In this document: piece by piece, positions 10,401 to 20,678 of the stretch
How the letters are laid out: each line of letters starts with the position of its first letter
Numbering within the stretch: position 1 is the first letter of the stretch
Assembly: GCA_002269645.1 (NCBI GenBank)
Contig: NIVC01005108.1
Span: forward strand, 1-26,142
Reading direction: 5' to 3'
Length of the DNA stretch: 26,142 nucleotides
DNA from: Macrostomum lignano
Taxonomy: Eukaryota
Notes under the pieces: model-generated
Databases searched by the model: none
Seen by the model: only the letters and a program-made list of their open reading frames with translations
What the model was told of the DNA's origin: nothing
Translations under genes and position numbers: made by a program

Positions 10401-13400
10401 AGAGCCACCATGTCAAACATTAAAGAGCCACCATGTCGAACATTAAAGAGCCACCTTGTCAAATATTAAAGAGCCACCATTTCAAACCTAAAGAAGCCAC
10501 CATGTCGAACATACAAGAGCCACCATGTCGAACATAGAAAAGCCACCATGTCAAACATTAAAGAGTCACCATGTCAAACATTAAAGAGCCACCGTTTCAA
10601 ACCTAAAAGAGCCACCATGTTAAAAATTAAAGAGCCACCATGTCAAACATAAAACAGACACCATTAAGAACATTAAAGAGCCACCATGTCAAATATAAAA
10701 CAGCCACCATTTCGAAAATTAAGGAGCCACCATTTCAAAAATTTAAGAGCCGCTATGTTAAACATTAAAGGGCCACCTTGTCAAATATTAAAGAGCCACC
10801 ATTTCAAACCTAAAAGAGCGACCCTGTCGAACATACAAGAGCCACCATGTCGAACATAAAAGAGCCACCATGTCGAACATACAAGAGCCACCATGTCGAA
10901 CATAGAAAAGCCACCATGTCGAACATAGAAAAGCCACCATGTTAAACATTAAAGAGCCAATATTTCAAACCTAAAGGAGCCACCATGTCGAACATAAAAG
11001 AGTCACCATGTTAAAAATTAAAGAGCCACCATGTCGAACATTAAAGAGCCACCATTTCAAACATTAAAGAGCCACCATGTCAAACATTAAAGAGCCACCG
11101 GTTCAAACCTAAAAGAGCCACCATGTCGAACATTAAAGAGCCACCATGTCAAACATAAAACAGACACCATGTCAAACATTAAAGAGCCACCATGTCAAAC
11201 ATTAAAGAGCCACCGGTTCAAACCTAAAAGAGCCACCATGTCGAACATTAAAAAGCCACCATGTCAAACATTAAAGAGCCACATTGTCAAACATTAAAAA
11301 GCCACCATTTCAAACCTAAAAGAGCCACCATGTCAAACATTAAAGAGCCACCATGTCAAACATTAAAGAGCCACCTTGTCAAATATTAAAGAGCCACCAT
11401 TTCAAACCTAAAGAAGCCACCATGTCGAACATACAAGAGCCACCATGTCGAACATTAAAGAGCCACCATATCAAACATAAAAGAGTTACCATGTCAAACA
11501 TTAAAGAGCCACCATGTCAAACATTAAAGAGCCACCATGTCGAACATAAAAGAGCCACCATATCAAACATAAAAGAGTTACCATGTCAAACATTAAAGAG
11601 CCACCATGTCGAACATTAAAGAGCCACCATGTCAAACATTAAAGAGCCACCTTGTCAAATATTAAAGAGCCACCATGTCGAACATAAAAGAGCCACCATA
11701 TCAAACATAAAAGAGTTACCATGTCAAACATTAAAGAGCCACATTGTCAAGCATTAAAGACCCACCATTTCAAACCTAAAATAGTTACCATGTCAAACAT
11801 TCAATAGCCACCATGTCAAACATTAAAGAGCCACCATGTCGAACATAAAAGAGCCACCATATTAAACATAAAAGAGTTACCATGTCAAACATTAAAGAGC
11901 CACCATGTCGAACATTAAAGAGCCACCATGTCAAACATTAAAGAGCCACATTGTCAAGCATTAAAGACCCACCATTTCAAACCTAAAAGAGCCACCATGT
12001 CAAACATTAAAGAGCCACCATGTCGAACATTAAAGAGCCACCTTGTCAAATATTAAAGAGCCACCATTTCAAACCTAAAGAAGCCACCATGTCGAACATA
12101 CAAGAGCCACCATGTCGAACATAGAAAAGCCACCATGTCAAACATTAAAGAGTCACCATGTCAAACATTAAAGAGCCACCGTTTCAAACCTAAAAGAGCC
12201 ACCATGTTAAAAATTAAAGAGCCACCATGTCAAACATAAAACAGACACCATTAAGAACATTAAAGAGCCACCATGTCAAATATAAAACAGCCACCATTTC
12301 GAAAATTAAGGAGCCACCATTTCAAAAATTTAAGAGCCGCTATGTTAAACATTAAAGGGCCACCTTGTCAAATATTAAAGAGCCACCATTTCAAACCTAA
12401 AAGAGCGACCCTGTCGAACATACAAGAGCCACCATGTCGAACATAAAAGAGCCACCATGTCGAACATACAAGAGCCACCATGTCGAACATAGAAAAGCCA
12501 CCATGTCGAACATAGAAAAGCCACCATGTTAAACATTAAAGAGCCAATATTTCAAACCTAAAGGAGCCACCATGTCGAACATAAAAGAGTCACCATGTTA
12601 AAAATTAAAGAGCCACCATGTCGAACATTAAAGAGCCACCATTTCAAACATTAAAGAGCCACCATGTCAAACATTAAAGAGCCACCGGTTCAAACCTAAA
12701 AGAGCCACCATGTCGAACATTAAAGAGCCACCATGTCAAACATAAAACAGACACCATGTCAAACATTAAAGAGCCACCATGTCAAACATTAAAGAGCCAC
12801 CGGTTCAAACCTAAAAGAGCCACCATGTCGAACATTAAAAAGCCACCATGTCAAACATTAAAGAGCCACATTGTCAAACATTAAAAAGCCACCATTTCAA
12901 ACCTAAAAGAGCCACCATGTCAAACATTAAAGAGCCACCATGTCAAACATTAAAGAGCCACCTTGTCAAATATTAAAGAGCCACCATTTCAAACCTAAAG
13001 AAGCCACCATGTCGAACATACAAGAGCCACTATGTCGAACATTAAAGAGCCACCATATCAAACATAAAAGAGTTACCATGTCAAACATTAAAGAGCCACC
13101 ATGTCAAACATTAAAGAGCCACCATGTCGAACATAAAAGAGCCACCATATCAAACATAAAAGAGTTACCATGTCAAACATTAAAGAGCCACCATGTCGAA
13201 CATTAAAGAGCCACCATGTCAAACATTAAAGAGCCACCTTGTCAAATATTAAAGAGCCACCATTTCAAACCTAAAAGAGCCACCATGTCGAACATTAAAG
13301 AGCCACCTTGTCAAATATTAAAGAGCCACCATTTCAAACCTAAAGAAGCCACCATGTCGAACATACAAGAGCCACCATGTCGAACATAAAAGAGCCACCA

Positions 13401-16400
13401 TATCAAACATAAAAGAGCCACCATGTCGAACATAAAAGAGCAACCATGTCAAACATAAAACAGACACCATTAAGAACATTAAAGAGCCACCATGTCGAAC
13501 ATTAAAGAGCCACCATGTCAAATATAAAACAGCCACCATTTCGAAAATTTAAGAGCCGCCATGTTAAACATTAAAGGGCCACCTTGTCAAATATTAAAGA
13601 GCCACCATTTCAAACCTAAAAGAGCGACCCTGTCGAACATACAAGAGCCACAATGTCGAACATAAAAGAGCAGCTATGTAGAACATAAAAGAGCCACCAT
13701 GTCAAACATAAAAAAGCCACCATGTCAAACATAAAAGAGCCAACATGAAGAACATTAAAGAGCCACCATGTCGACCATTAAAAGAGCCACCATGTCGAAC
13801 ATACAAGAGCCACCATGTCGAACATAGAAAAGCCACCATGTCGAACATAGAAAAGCCACCATGTTAAACATTAAAGAGCCAATATTTCAAACCTTAAGGA
13901 GCCACCATGTCGAACATAAAAGAGTCACCATGTTAAAAATTAAAGAGCCACCATGTCGAACATTAAAGAGCCACCATGTCGAACATTAAAGAGCCACCAT
14001 GTCAAACATAAAACAGACACCATGTCAAACATTAAAGAGCCACCGGTTCAAACCTAAAAGAGCCACCATGTCGAACATTAAAGAGCCACCTTGTCAAATA
14101 TTAAAGAGCCACCATTTCAAACCTAAAGGAGCCACCATGTCGAACATTAAAAAGCCACCATGTCGAACATTAAAAAGCCAACATGTCAAACATAAAAGAG
14201 CCACCATGTCAAACCTAAAAAAGCCACCATGTCAAACATAGAAGAGCCACCATGTCAAACATAATAGAGCCACCATGTCAAACATTAAAGAGCCACCATG
14301 TCAAACATAGAAGAGCCACTATGTCAAACATAAAAGAGCCACCATGTCGAACATAAAAGAGTCACCATGTTAAAAATTAAAGAGCCACCATGTCGAACAT
14401 TAAAGAGCCACCATGTCGAACATTAAAGAGCCACCATGTCGAACATTAAAGAGCCACCATATCAAACATAAAAGAGTTACCATGTCAAACATTAAAGAGC
14501 CACCATGTCGAACATTAAAGAGCCACCATATCAAACATAAAACAGACACCATGTCAAACATTAAAGAGCCACCATGTCGAACATTAAAGAGCCACCATGT
14601 CAAACATAAAACAGCCACCATTTCGAAAATTAAGGAGCCACCATTTCGAAAATTAAAGAGCCGCCATGTTAACCATTAAAGGGCCACCATGTCAAACATT
14701 AAAGAGCCACCATGTCGAACATAAAAGAGCCACCATGTCGAACATTAAAGAGCCACCATGTCAAACATTAAAGAGCCACCGGTTCAAACCTAAAAGAGCC
14801 ACCATGTCGAACATTAAAAAGCCACCGTGTCGAACATAAAAAAGTCAACATGTCAAACATAAAAGAGCCACCATGTCAAACCTAAAAAAGCCACCATGTC
14901 AAACATAGAAGAGCCACCATGTCGAACATAAAAGAGCCACTATGTCAAACATAAAAGAGCCACCATGTCAAACATTCAAGATATCCAATTTCAAATGTAA
15001 AGGTATAAAGCGCCATGCCAATTTAAAGGAGCCACTATAAAGCTAAGGAAATTGTCGCTCTAGCTACTTATTGTCTGGTGGATGGTTGCTATTTGGGGAT
15101 GCTATCTATCTTGGGGATGCTTGCTATTTGGAGGATGCTTGCTTTCTGGGGGATGCTTGCTATCTGGGGAATGCTTGCTATCTGGGGAATGCTTGCTATC
15201 TGGGGGATGCTTGCTATCTGGGGGATGTTTGCTATCTGGGGGATGCTTGCTATCTGGTGGATGCTTGCTATCTGAGGGATGCTTGCTATCTGAGTGATGC
15301 TTGCTATCTGGGGGATGCTTGCTATCTGGGGTATGCTTGCTATCTGAGGGATGCTTGCTATCTTGGGGTATGCTTGCTATCTGAGGGATGCTTGCTATCT
15401 TGGGGATGCTTGCTATCTGGGGGATGCTTGCTATCTGCGGAATGCTTGCTATCTGGGGAATGCTTGCTATCTGGGGGATGTTTGCTATCTGGGGGATGCT
15501 TGCTATCTGGGGGATGCTTGCTATCTGGGGGATGCTTGCTATCTGGAGGATGCTTGCTATCTTGGGGATGCTTGCTATCTGGGAAATGCTTGCTATCTGG
15601 GAGAATGCTTGCTATCTGGAGGATGCTTGCTATCTGGGGGATGCTTGTGGTCTTGGGAAGATTTCTTATTGCAATTCACTTCATTTGAGCAGTTTGTCTG
15701 TTGTCTTTGTGAAGGATTTTTTGGCTGTCTTTTTGTTAATTGTAGAGAACAGAGATTCTATCCAGATGTCCCCCATCGGGGGGCGAAGATTGCTAGTTTG
15801 TAAACTATTATTAGAGCGCTTCTGCAAATTAAAGCAAAAAATGTTCAATATTCATTGACTCTTACTTAAAGTAGATTAAAGAACGCTTCATATTTTTCCA
15901 TTTTAGCCGGTCGGCAAACAACCGATGCTGAACTGGAAGAAATGATTGAATCCGGCAACCCCGCCATCTTCACCCAGGGAGTAAGTTGCACTTTGGCCTC
16001 TAGGATGGTTGCTGGTAAGAGAGCAGCCAGGTATACCAGCTAGGGATGTTAGCAGCTAGGGGATGTACCAGCTAGGAAATACCAGCAGTAAGTGTACTGA
16101 GAACATTTACATGTAGAACGGATGTAACATCTAGGATGGATTCCAACAAAGACGGATACCAGATTGAATTTGACGAATCAGGGGGTTGCCAACCAGAAAG
16201 GCACCAAACAGAAAGTCACCAACAAGAAGTCACCAACTAGAAAGTCACCAACCAGAAAGTCGCCAACCAGAAAGTCGCCAACCAGAAGGTTATCAACCAG
16301 AAAGTTACTAACTAGAAAGTCGCCAACCAGAAAGTCACCAACCAGAAAGTCACCAACCAGAAAGTCACCAACCAGAAGGTTATCAACCAGAAAGTCACCA

Positions 16401-17108
16401 ACCAGAAAGTCGCCAACCAGAAGGTTATCATGCAACCAGAAAGTCACCAACCAGAAAGTCACCAACCAGAAAGTCGCCAACCAGAAAGTCGCCAACCAGA
16501 AAGTTACTAAACAGGTTACCAACTTACCAGAATGCTTTCAACTAGGCCAACAATAAACCAGGTTATCAAATAGAAAGTTACCAACGAAGGTTACAAACCG
16601 ACCATAAGACTGTTTTTTATTTTGCAGATCATGACCGACACTCAGCAGGCCAAGCAGTCCTTGGCAGACATTGAGGCCCGACACGAGGATATCATAAAAC
16701 TGGAAAAGAGCATCAAAGAGCTGCACGACATGTTTCTAGACATGGCCATGCTTGTAGAGAGCCAGGTATGAGGTTTATTTGAATTTTATTCGATCTGCTT
16801 TAAAAATTCAACGACCTCTTATGGATGCCAGGGTGAAATGGTTGATCGGATCGAGAACAACGTGCAGCAGGCTGTTGACTATGTCGAGGCTGCCAAGAGA
16901 GACACTAAAAAGGCCGTCAAATATCAGAGCAAGGCTCGAAAGGTGATTGAGCTGAAAACTTCTGCATGGTGGGCATGTGCATTCACCAGTTATTATACGT
17001 GCATTTATCAACCCCCGATTGCAGAAAAAGATCATTCTACTGGTCTGCCTGTTGGTCGTGCTTATCTGCATTGTAGGCGGCATCATTGGCGGTGTGGTCC
17101 CGAAATGA
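1396..17108 (+). CDS. STX1: Syntaxin-1-like plasma-membrane t-SNARE, 9 coding exons plus an alternative exon 5: 1396-1457, 2104-2339, 2500-2574, 3030-3105, (3272-3380 or 5396-5504), 15907-15980, 16628-16765, 16832-16942, 17025-17108
   Basis: N-peptide MSRDRLPDL; Habc FMDDFF...KHSHILASP...ANKVRMKLK...ADVRIRKTQ; linker [25 protein letters not shown]; SNARE motif [44 protein letters not shown]; C-terminal TM helix. All introns are GT-AG. Exon sizes 75/109/74/138/111 nt match my recollection of vertebrate STX1 exon structure. One clear frameshift at ~3070 and a probable compensating pair at ~1441 and ~2202. Confidence 0.93.
1494..2079. repeat. 16-bp minisatellite (GGGACTRTCTGACAAT)n, ~36 units, syntaxin intron 1
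   Basis: Directly visible tandem array occupying ~585 of the 646-nt intron. Confidence 0.97.
2104..2339 (+). CDS. STX1: Syntaxin exon 2 (linker and Ha helix)
   Basis: Acceptor CTAAG| at 2102-2103; encodes [45 protein letters not shown]; donor GTGAGT at 2340. The 5' boundary is less certain than the 3'. Confidence 0.85.
2500..2574 (+). CDS. STX1: Syntaxin exon 3 (Hb helix)
   Basis: TTGCAG| acceptor; (K)[24 protein letters not shown]; donor GT at 2575. Confidence 0.92.
2591..2970. repeat. Variable-length (~21-30 bp) minisatellite with core CATTGGGATCATTATCCCC, syntaxin intron 3
   Basis: Visible tandem array; each unit contains the inverted repeat GGGAT-CATT-ATCCC. Confidence 0.95.
3030..3105 (+). 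CDS. STX1: Syntaxin exon 4 (Hb-Hc loop), 1-bp deletion as assembled
   Basis: [14 protein letters not shown] in one frame, then ADVRIRKTQ in another; adding one G to GG at 3070-3071 gives [20 protein letters not shown]| acceptor, GTAAAT donor at 3106. Confidence 0.88.
3272..3380 (+). CDS. STX1: Syntaxin exon 5a (Hc helix), 109 nt
   Basis: TTGCAG|[36 protein letters not shown](T)|GTAATC; phase 0 in, phase 1 out. Confidence 0.93.
3521..4375. repeat. 45-bp minisatellite (CTCTCTGTACACACTTGATTGGACTCAGTGGCTGCCGGTTCTTAT)n, ~19 units
   Basis: Visible array; overlapping ORFs repeat every 15 aa. Two variant types (GGACTCAGTGG and GAACTCTATGG). Confidence 0.97.
4890..5308. repeat. 12-bp minisatellite (AGATCTCTCATC)n, ~35 units
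   Basis: Visible array; overlapping ORFs repeat every 4 aa (MRDL/SLIR). Confidence 0.97.
5396..5504 (+). CDS. STX1: Syntaxin exon 5b, duplicated Hc-helix exon, putatively mutually exclusive with 5a, 109 nt
   Basis: TTCCAG|[36 protein letters not shown](T)|GTAAGA. Same length and phases as 5a, 16/36 identical residues, no stop or indel. Confidence 0.85.
6309..6392 (+). other. Degenerate tRNA-derived (SINE-head-like) module within Helitron copy 1
   Basis: A-box-like TAGCCCAGATGC (6316), B-box GGTTCGAATC (6359-6368), tRNA-like spacing, T-arm CTGGG/CTTAG, T7 run at 6386-6392. The acceptor stem does not pair. Confidence 0.55.
6421..8835. repeat. 23-bp satellite (GAGCCACCATGTCRAACATTAAA)n, ~100 units, inside Helitron copy 1
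   Basis: Visible array; includes a CATATATGTGACTCCATG variant and internal block duplications. Confidence 0.97.
8902..9149. repeat. 18-bp satellite (GGGGGATGCTTGCTATCT)n, ~14 units, inside Helitron copy 1
   Basis: Visible array; overlapping ORFs repeat every 6 aa. Confidence 0.97.
9780..9863 (+). other. Degenerate tRNA-derived module within Helitron copy 2
   Basis: TAGCCCTGATGC (9787), GGTTCGAGTC (9830-9839), T7 run 9857-9863; homologous to 6309-6392. Confidence 0.55.
9893..15002. repeat. 23-bp satellite, ~220 units, inside Helitron copy 2, with a 1587-bp higher-order duplication
   Basis: Visible array; diagnostic variants recur at a 1587-bp offset (10151/11738, 10655/12242, ORFs 11353/12940). 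Confidence 0.97.
15074..15647. repeat. 18-bp satellite, ~32 units, inside Helitron copy 2
   Basis: Same unit as 8902-9149, longer and more diverged. Confidence 0.97.
15907..15980 (+). CDS. STX1: Syntaxin exon 6 (linker)
   Basis: TTTTAG|(T)[24 protein letters not shown]|GTAAGT; 74 nt; accepts phase 1 from 5a or 5b. Confidence 0.95.
16034..16600. repeat. Degenerate ACCAGCTAGGGATGT-like repeats (16034-~16090) and a 15-bp minisatellite (ACCAGAAAGTCACCA)n (16186-16600), syntaxin intron 6
   Basis: Visible arrays; overlapping ORFs repeat every 5 aa (KSPTR/LVGDF). Confidence 0.93.
16628..16765 (+). CDS. STX1: Syntaxin exon 7 (SNARE motif, N-half)
   Basis: TTGCAG|[46 protein letters not shown]|GTATGA; includes the zero-layer Gln. 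Confidence 0.97.
16832..16942 (+). CDS. STX1: Syntaxin exon 8 (SNARE motif, C-half)
   Basis: GCCAG|[37 protein letters not shown]|GTGATT. Confidence 0.97.
17025..17108 (+). CDS. STX1: Syntaxin exon 9 (tail-anchor TM helix)
   Basis: TTGCAG|[30 protein letters not shown] at 17106-17108. Confidence 0.95.
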   Translation, partial: KKIILLVCLLVVLICIVGGIIGGVVPK

Positions 17109-17220
17109 CGGCTCTTAAAACTGACAAAGATAATTTTTAAACGAACGGTTTTATTCTTCTACCCTTACTCGGAATTTGCATGGATATCAAAACTTTCGTA
17201 TGATCTCAACCGCATGTGGA

Positions 17221-17226
17221 AATAAA
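17221..17226 (+). promoter_or_regulatory. Candidate polyadenylation signal of the syntaxin gene
   Basis: First AATAAA after the stop, 113 nt downstream; further AATAAA hexamers follow, so usage is unknown. Confidence 0.35.
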
Positions 17227-19114
17227 TTTACACAACACCAAAAACATTTTAGCGAACTCAACTATGAAATTAAAATGTACTTGCGTGTAAAAATACCTGT
17301 ATCAAAGGTGACATTTTGACTAAAAAAATAAATTGGCAAAACAAAACAAATTATATATTTAAGGGTAAAAAACAGGCCGCAGGTACTCGCAGTGCGATTT
17401 CAGAACGACAGAATCAAGAGAAGATAATCGACGAAGCGCTAATTATGCACATGCCTTACCTGCATGATTCCAGCAGCATCAACACCGTGACTTCTTTGGA
17501 ACTGAAGCGAGTGAGCGCTAATGCACGTAATTACAAAACAAAATAAACGTTTACACTAGCTGTTTTCCTATGATTCCTATTTTTTCAGTTAAAATACGAA
17601 TTCTATGCTTTTCTGTCATGTTTTTCATCTGTCGGCTGATCTAATAGCTTAAATTTAACTTGATATCGGTGTAAACCTTAGCCTAAATTCGAGACGGCCA
17701 ATTTGGCATTGTTATGTAAGCAACTACAAGTCATGGCGAAGAAGCCCTTTTTAACGACATTGCATATTTTACGAAAATAAAAACTATAAATTTCATAAGC
17801 CGCTTAATTATAAAGCTATGGTTTTGACGTTATCAGCTTTTTTAATTATAAGGATTATATGTTTTGTTTTAGCTAGTCCTGCGAAAAGGATTGAACGCAA
17901 ATTTCAAATTATTTTCTGCATTTTCGATCGGACGCTTAATTAAATTTAGCGCTATTAATTAAATCTAGCTGAGCGGGTTAACCAGGACTCCATGAGTTTA
18001 GAAATGCGCGATTTCTTTGATTTGCTTTACTTATCGTTATCTGCGAGTAACTGTAAACTTTGACATACAAAACTTACTTACTTGTACTATTTATTATATT
18101 TTGACGCTTGATATTATAATATCCTACAAAGATTAGTACTATCCTAATGGTATTGTATTATATTAACTTATAAAAAAGATAAACAACATTGGAGTCTTAA
18201 TACTGATATTGTGCATAACATATTCAAACTACCAACATCTAGTAGCTACACATTGCAGCTTTTGTTTATGCCATTAAATCACCATGAGCTGAAAATGTTG
18301 TAGTCTGCAGTTTGATATCATACAATACTTTAATACAAATAATAAAGCTGTTTTGTTTTGTAGTTATTATTAGTAACATTTATAAAGCAGTTTTATTAAA
18401 AATCTAATTCTATGCAAACAAAATGAAATGCAAGCTTCTGATAATGATATATTCTAGTAATATTAATTACAATTATTATTTCTTTTTAAGTAACTTTTAG
18501 GTTTTTTATAACTTTTGGTTTCCTTTCTTATATTCTTGGTCTTATATTTAAAAGCTCAATGAGGGTTTAGACTTAAAATGAAATTTTTTCACAATCATTT
18601 CTATCTTTAAAAAACCTAGAAAAGTATTTTTAGGCCTTTTTGGTTGAAACTTTTTAGGAAAGTTTCTTATTTTTATTTTTCTATAAAATTATAAAACATA
18701 TTGATATAATTTTAAAAATCCAATATTAGTATAGTAGTATATACCACTCTGACCATTAATTGAAATATGGCACGAAGAACTTTTACAGCTAAAACAAGTA
18801 GACAGTAAAACAAAAACTGAAATTTATTCAATGTTTTTTTGTCAATATGACCAACAATAAAGCTATCTAGACACTTGTGAGCCTACAGTGTATAGTTAAA
18901 AATGATTTCAATTCTGGAAGAGATTTCCTCTACAACTAAGATATGGCAAAGGTAGCTAAATGTGAAAATAGTTTAAGCTGGTTGACTGTGGTTGGTTAAG
19001 TTGAAAATGGTTAAGCATGCATTATAACTAATAGTTTGAGTTGAAATTTTTCGTAAGTACTTGTGTTTAGCCAATTAATTTTACTGTATCATAGAAAGTA
19101 AATCTGGTTTGCAG

Positions 19115-19511
19115 AATCGCCGGCACAGCAGTATTCGCTGCCACTCTGCCAAGCGCCATGGCCACCGTCGGCATAGAAGCCGCAGCTTCCAACGGGGCAA
19201 TGGCCGCCAAGTGGTGCGCTCGCGGTCTCCTGATAGCTGCGGCATTGACGCTGCCGCATGGAACTCGCAGCGGATCCGCTCCTACTCGCCGCTATCATCG
19301 CCGTTGCCTAGCAACCAAGTAGACTATTATGACGCTGCAAATCTGCATCGGTTTAGCCAGTTGGGAGACAATCAAAGTATGCGAGGCTGCGATGTCTTGG
19401 CGGAAAATTCATTACCTGGCGGGCACGATCGCAGCAGATATCACCCATGTACGATTTGCTTCTTTTGTGAATTTACGCCTGTCTGTCTGTCTGTCTGTCT
19501 GTCTGTCTTAG

Positions 19512-19553
<42 letters not shown>

Positions 19554-20275
19554 ACTGACTGACTGACTGGCTGACTGACTGACTGACTGACTGATTTTGT
19601 CTGAAAAGTGTCATTATCAAAAAATGTCTTCAATGCTTGGATTCTTTTATGCGTGTTAGACACGTTATCGTTATAGATTTTCGTTAGAAACTTGAGATAA
19701 TTTTTACCGACACCCCATCATCATGACGGCTAGATCCGCCTCCGCCAAGGCCTACGACCTGGGCAGAGGGCCGCAACGAATAACAATGGGTGGAAGAAGG
19801 AGAAGGCCAAGAAGAATTTGATGATGAAGAAGACAGCGAGGATGATGATGAAATTGAGGACTCAACAACGAAAGTCCAGCCCGACTGGCGCCGCTTTTAC
19901 AGCCCGCCAAAGCCCGAATTTGTTTACAAGTCGCTGATGCGTCGCAATCGGCCTAATCGAATTGAATCGGCGGCGTCTTCGTCGACTTTGCTGACTTCTT
20001 CGGCAGCGGCGGCGCCGCCAGATTCAAAATCGACAGCGAAAGCCACGCCGCCTTCCGATAGAGCGACCTTTCTGGCTAGGAGGCTGGGAATTCAGCCGAC
20101 GCCGCCGCAGCCAACGACGGGATGCTTCTGCCGGGGACGCCGGCCGCAGATGGCGGATGCAGCCACTCAGACGAGTCTGCCGTGCTGTCCGGGACGCTGC
20201 TGCCCGTCGTTGCGAAGGCCAACCTCATATGGCAAGAAGGACGTCCTGCAAGGTCGGCTGGAATTTGAAGAATGA
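19115..20275 (+). CDS. Putative two-exon (or partial) gene for an unidentified low-complexity protein: exons 19115-19448 and 19734-20275, internal TAA at 19781
   Basis: GC-rich islands in AT-rich DNA. TTGCAG| at 19114, GT at 19449 and TAG| at 19733 join in frame to give ...HRRHRSRS...SRYHPYPPPPRPTTWAEGRNE*QWVEEGEGQEEFDDEEDSEDDDE... Start codon not identified; no family recognised. Confidence 0.35.
19479..19594. repeat. Compound microsatellite (GTCT)n then (GACT)n, in the predicted 19449-19733 intron
   Basis: Directly visible. Confidence 0.95.
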
Positions 20276-20678
20276 TTTGGAATATAAGAAGCAATCGAGA
20301 CTTCCGTTGCTTGTTTTACTTTTCATAGCAATTTTGATAGGCCTCCACATATTCCTAACAAAACTCAGAATTCCGGCGTTTTCAGCCATCCTGCATCAGT
20401 TTTAGCATCTACCATTCATAATTAAATAAAACTTCGTCCTAATCAGTGCAATTTTTCAACTGTTTGTGTAAAACTGCGTTTTCATTCGTTAGAAACTATT
20501 GAAGATGAAATCAAGACAATATTTAATTTACGAGCTGTTTTATTGAAAGAATACTTTTACGCATAGTTAGTTTCATCAGTTTTCGGAAAATCGTTAGGCC
20601 AAAGTTCATATGCCAGAGTTATACAATTGCAGCTCTGAAAACTTCACCCGATTTTGTCAGTAGAATTTTAGCAGACTT

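Larger units (their letters stand above)
9300..15796 (+). mobile_element. Non-autonomous Helitron-like element, copy 2, head-to-tail with copy 1
   Basis: Starts TCCTATATACTAAAAATGAG directly after the copy-1 CTAG; short (GTAT)n near the 5' end; 3' hairpin TGTCCCCC-ATC-GGGGGGCG (~15767-15785), CTAG 15793-15796 followed by T. Same module order as copy 1. Confidence 0.8.

Noticed and set aside
6421-15002. Perfect Kozak sequence GCCACCATG in most 23-bp units on the sense strand
   Set aside because: The unit is not a multiple of 3, most ATGs reach TAA within ~20 codons, and the sequence is intronic. There is no sign of translation, so it is probably coincidence.
1318-16556. Dozens of 60-205 aa ORFs with periodic sequences ([41 protein letters not shown])
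   Set aside because: Their periods equal the tandem-repeat units, they occur on both strands and several frames, and they lie in syntaxin introns.
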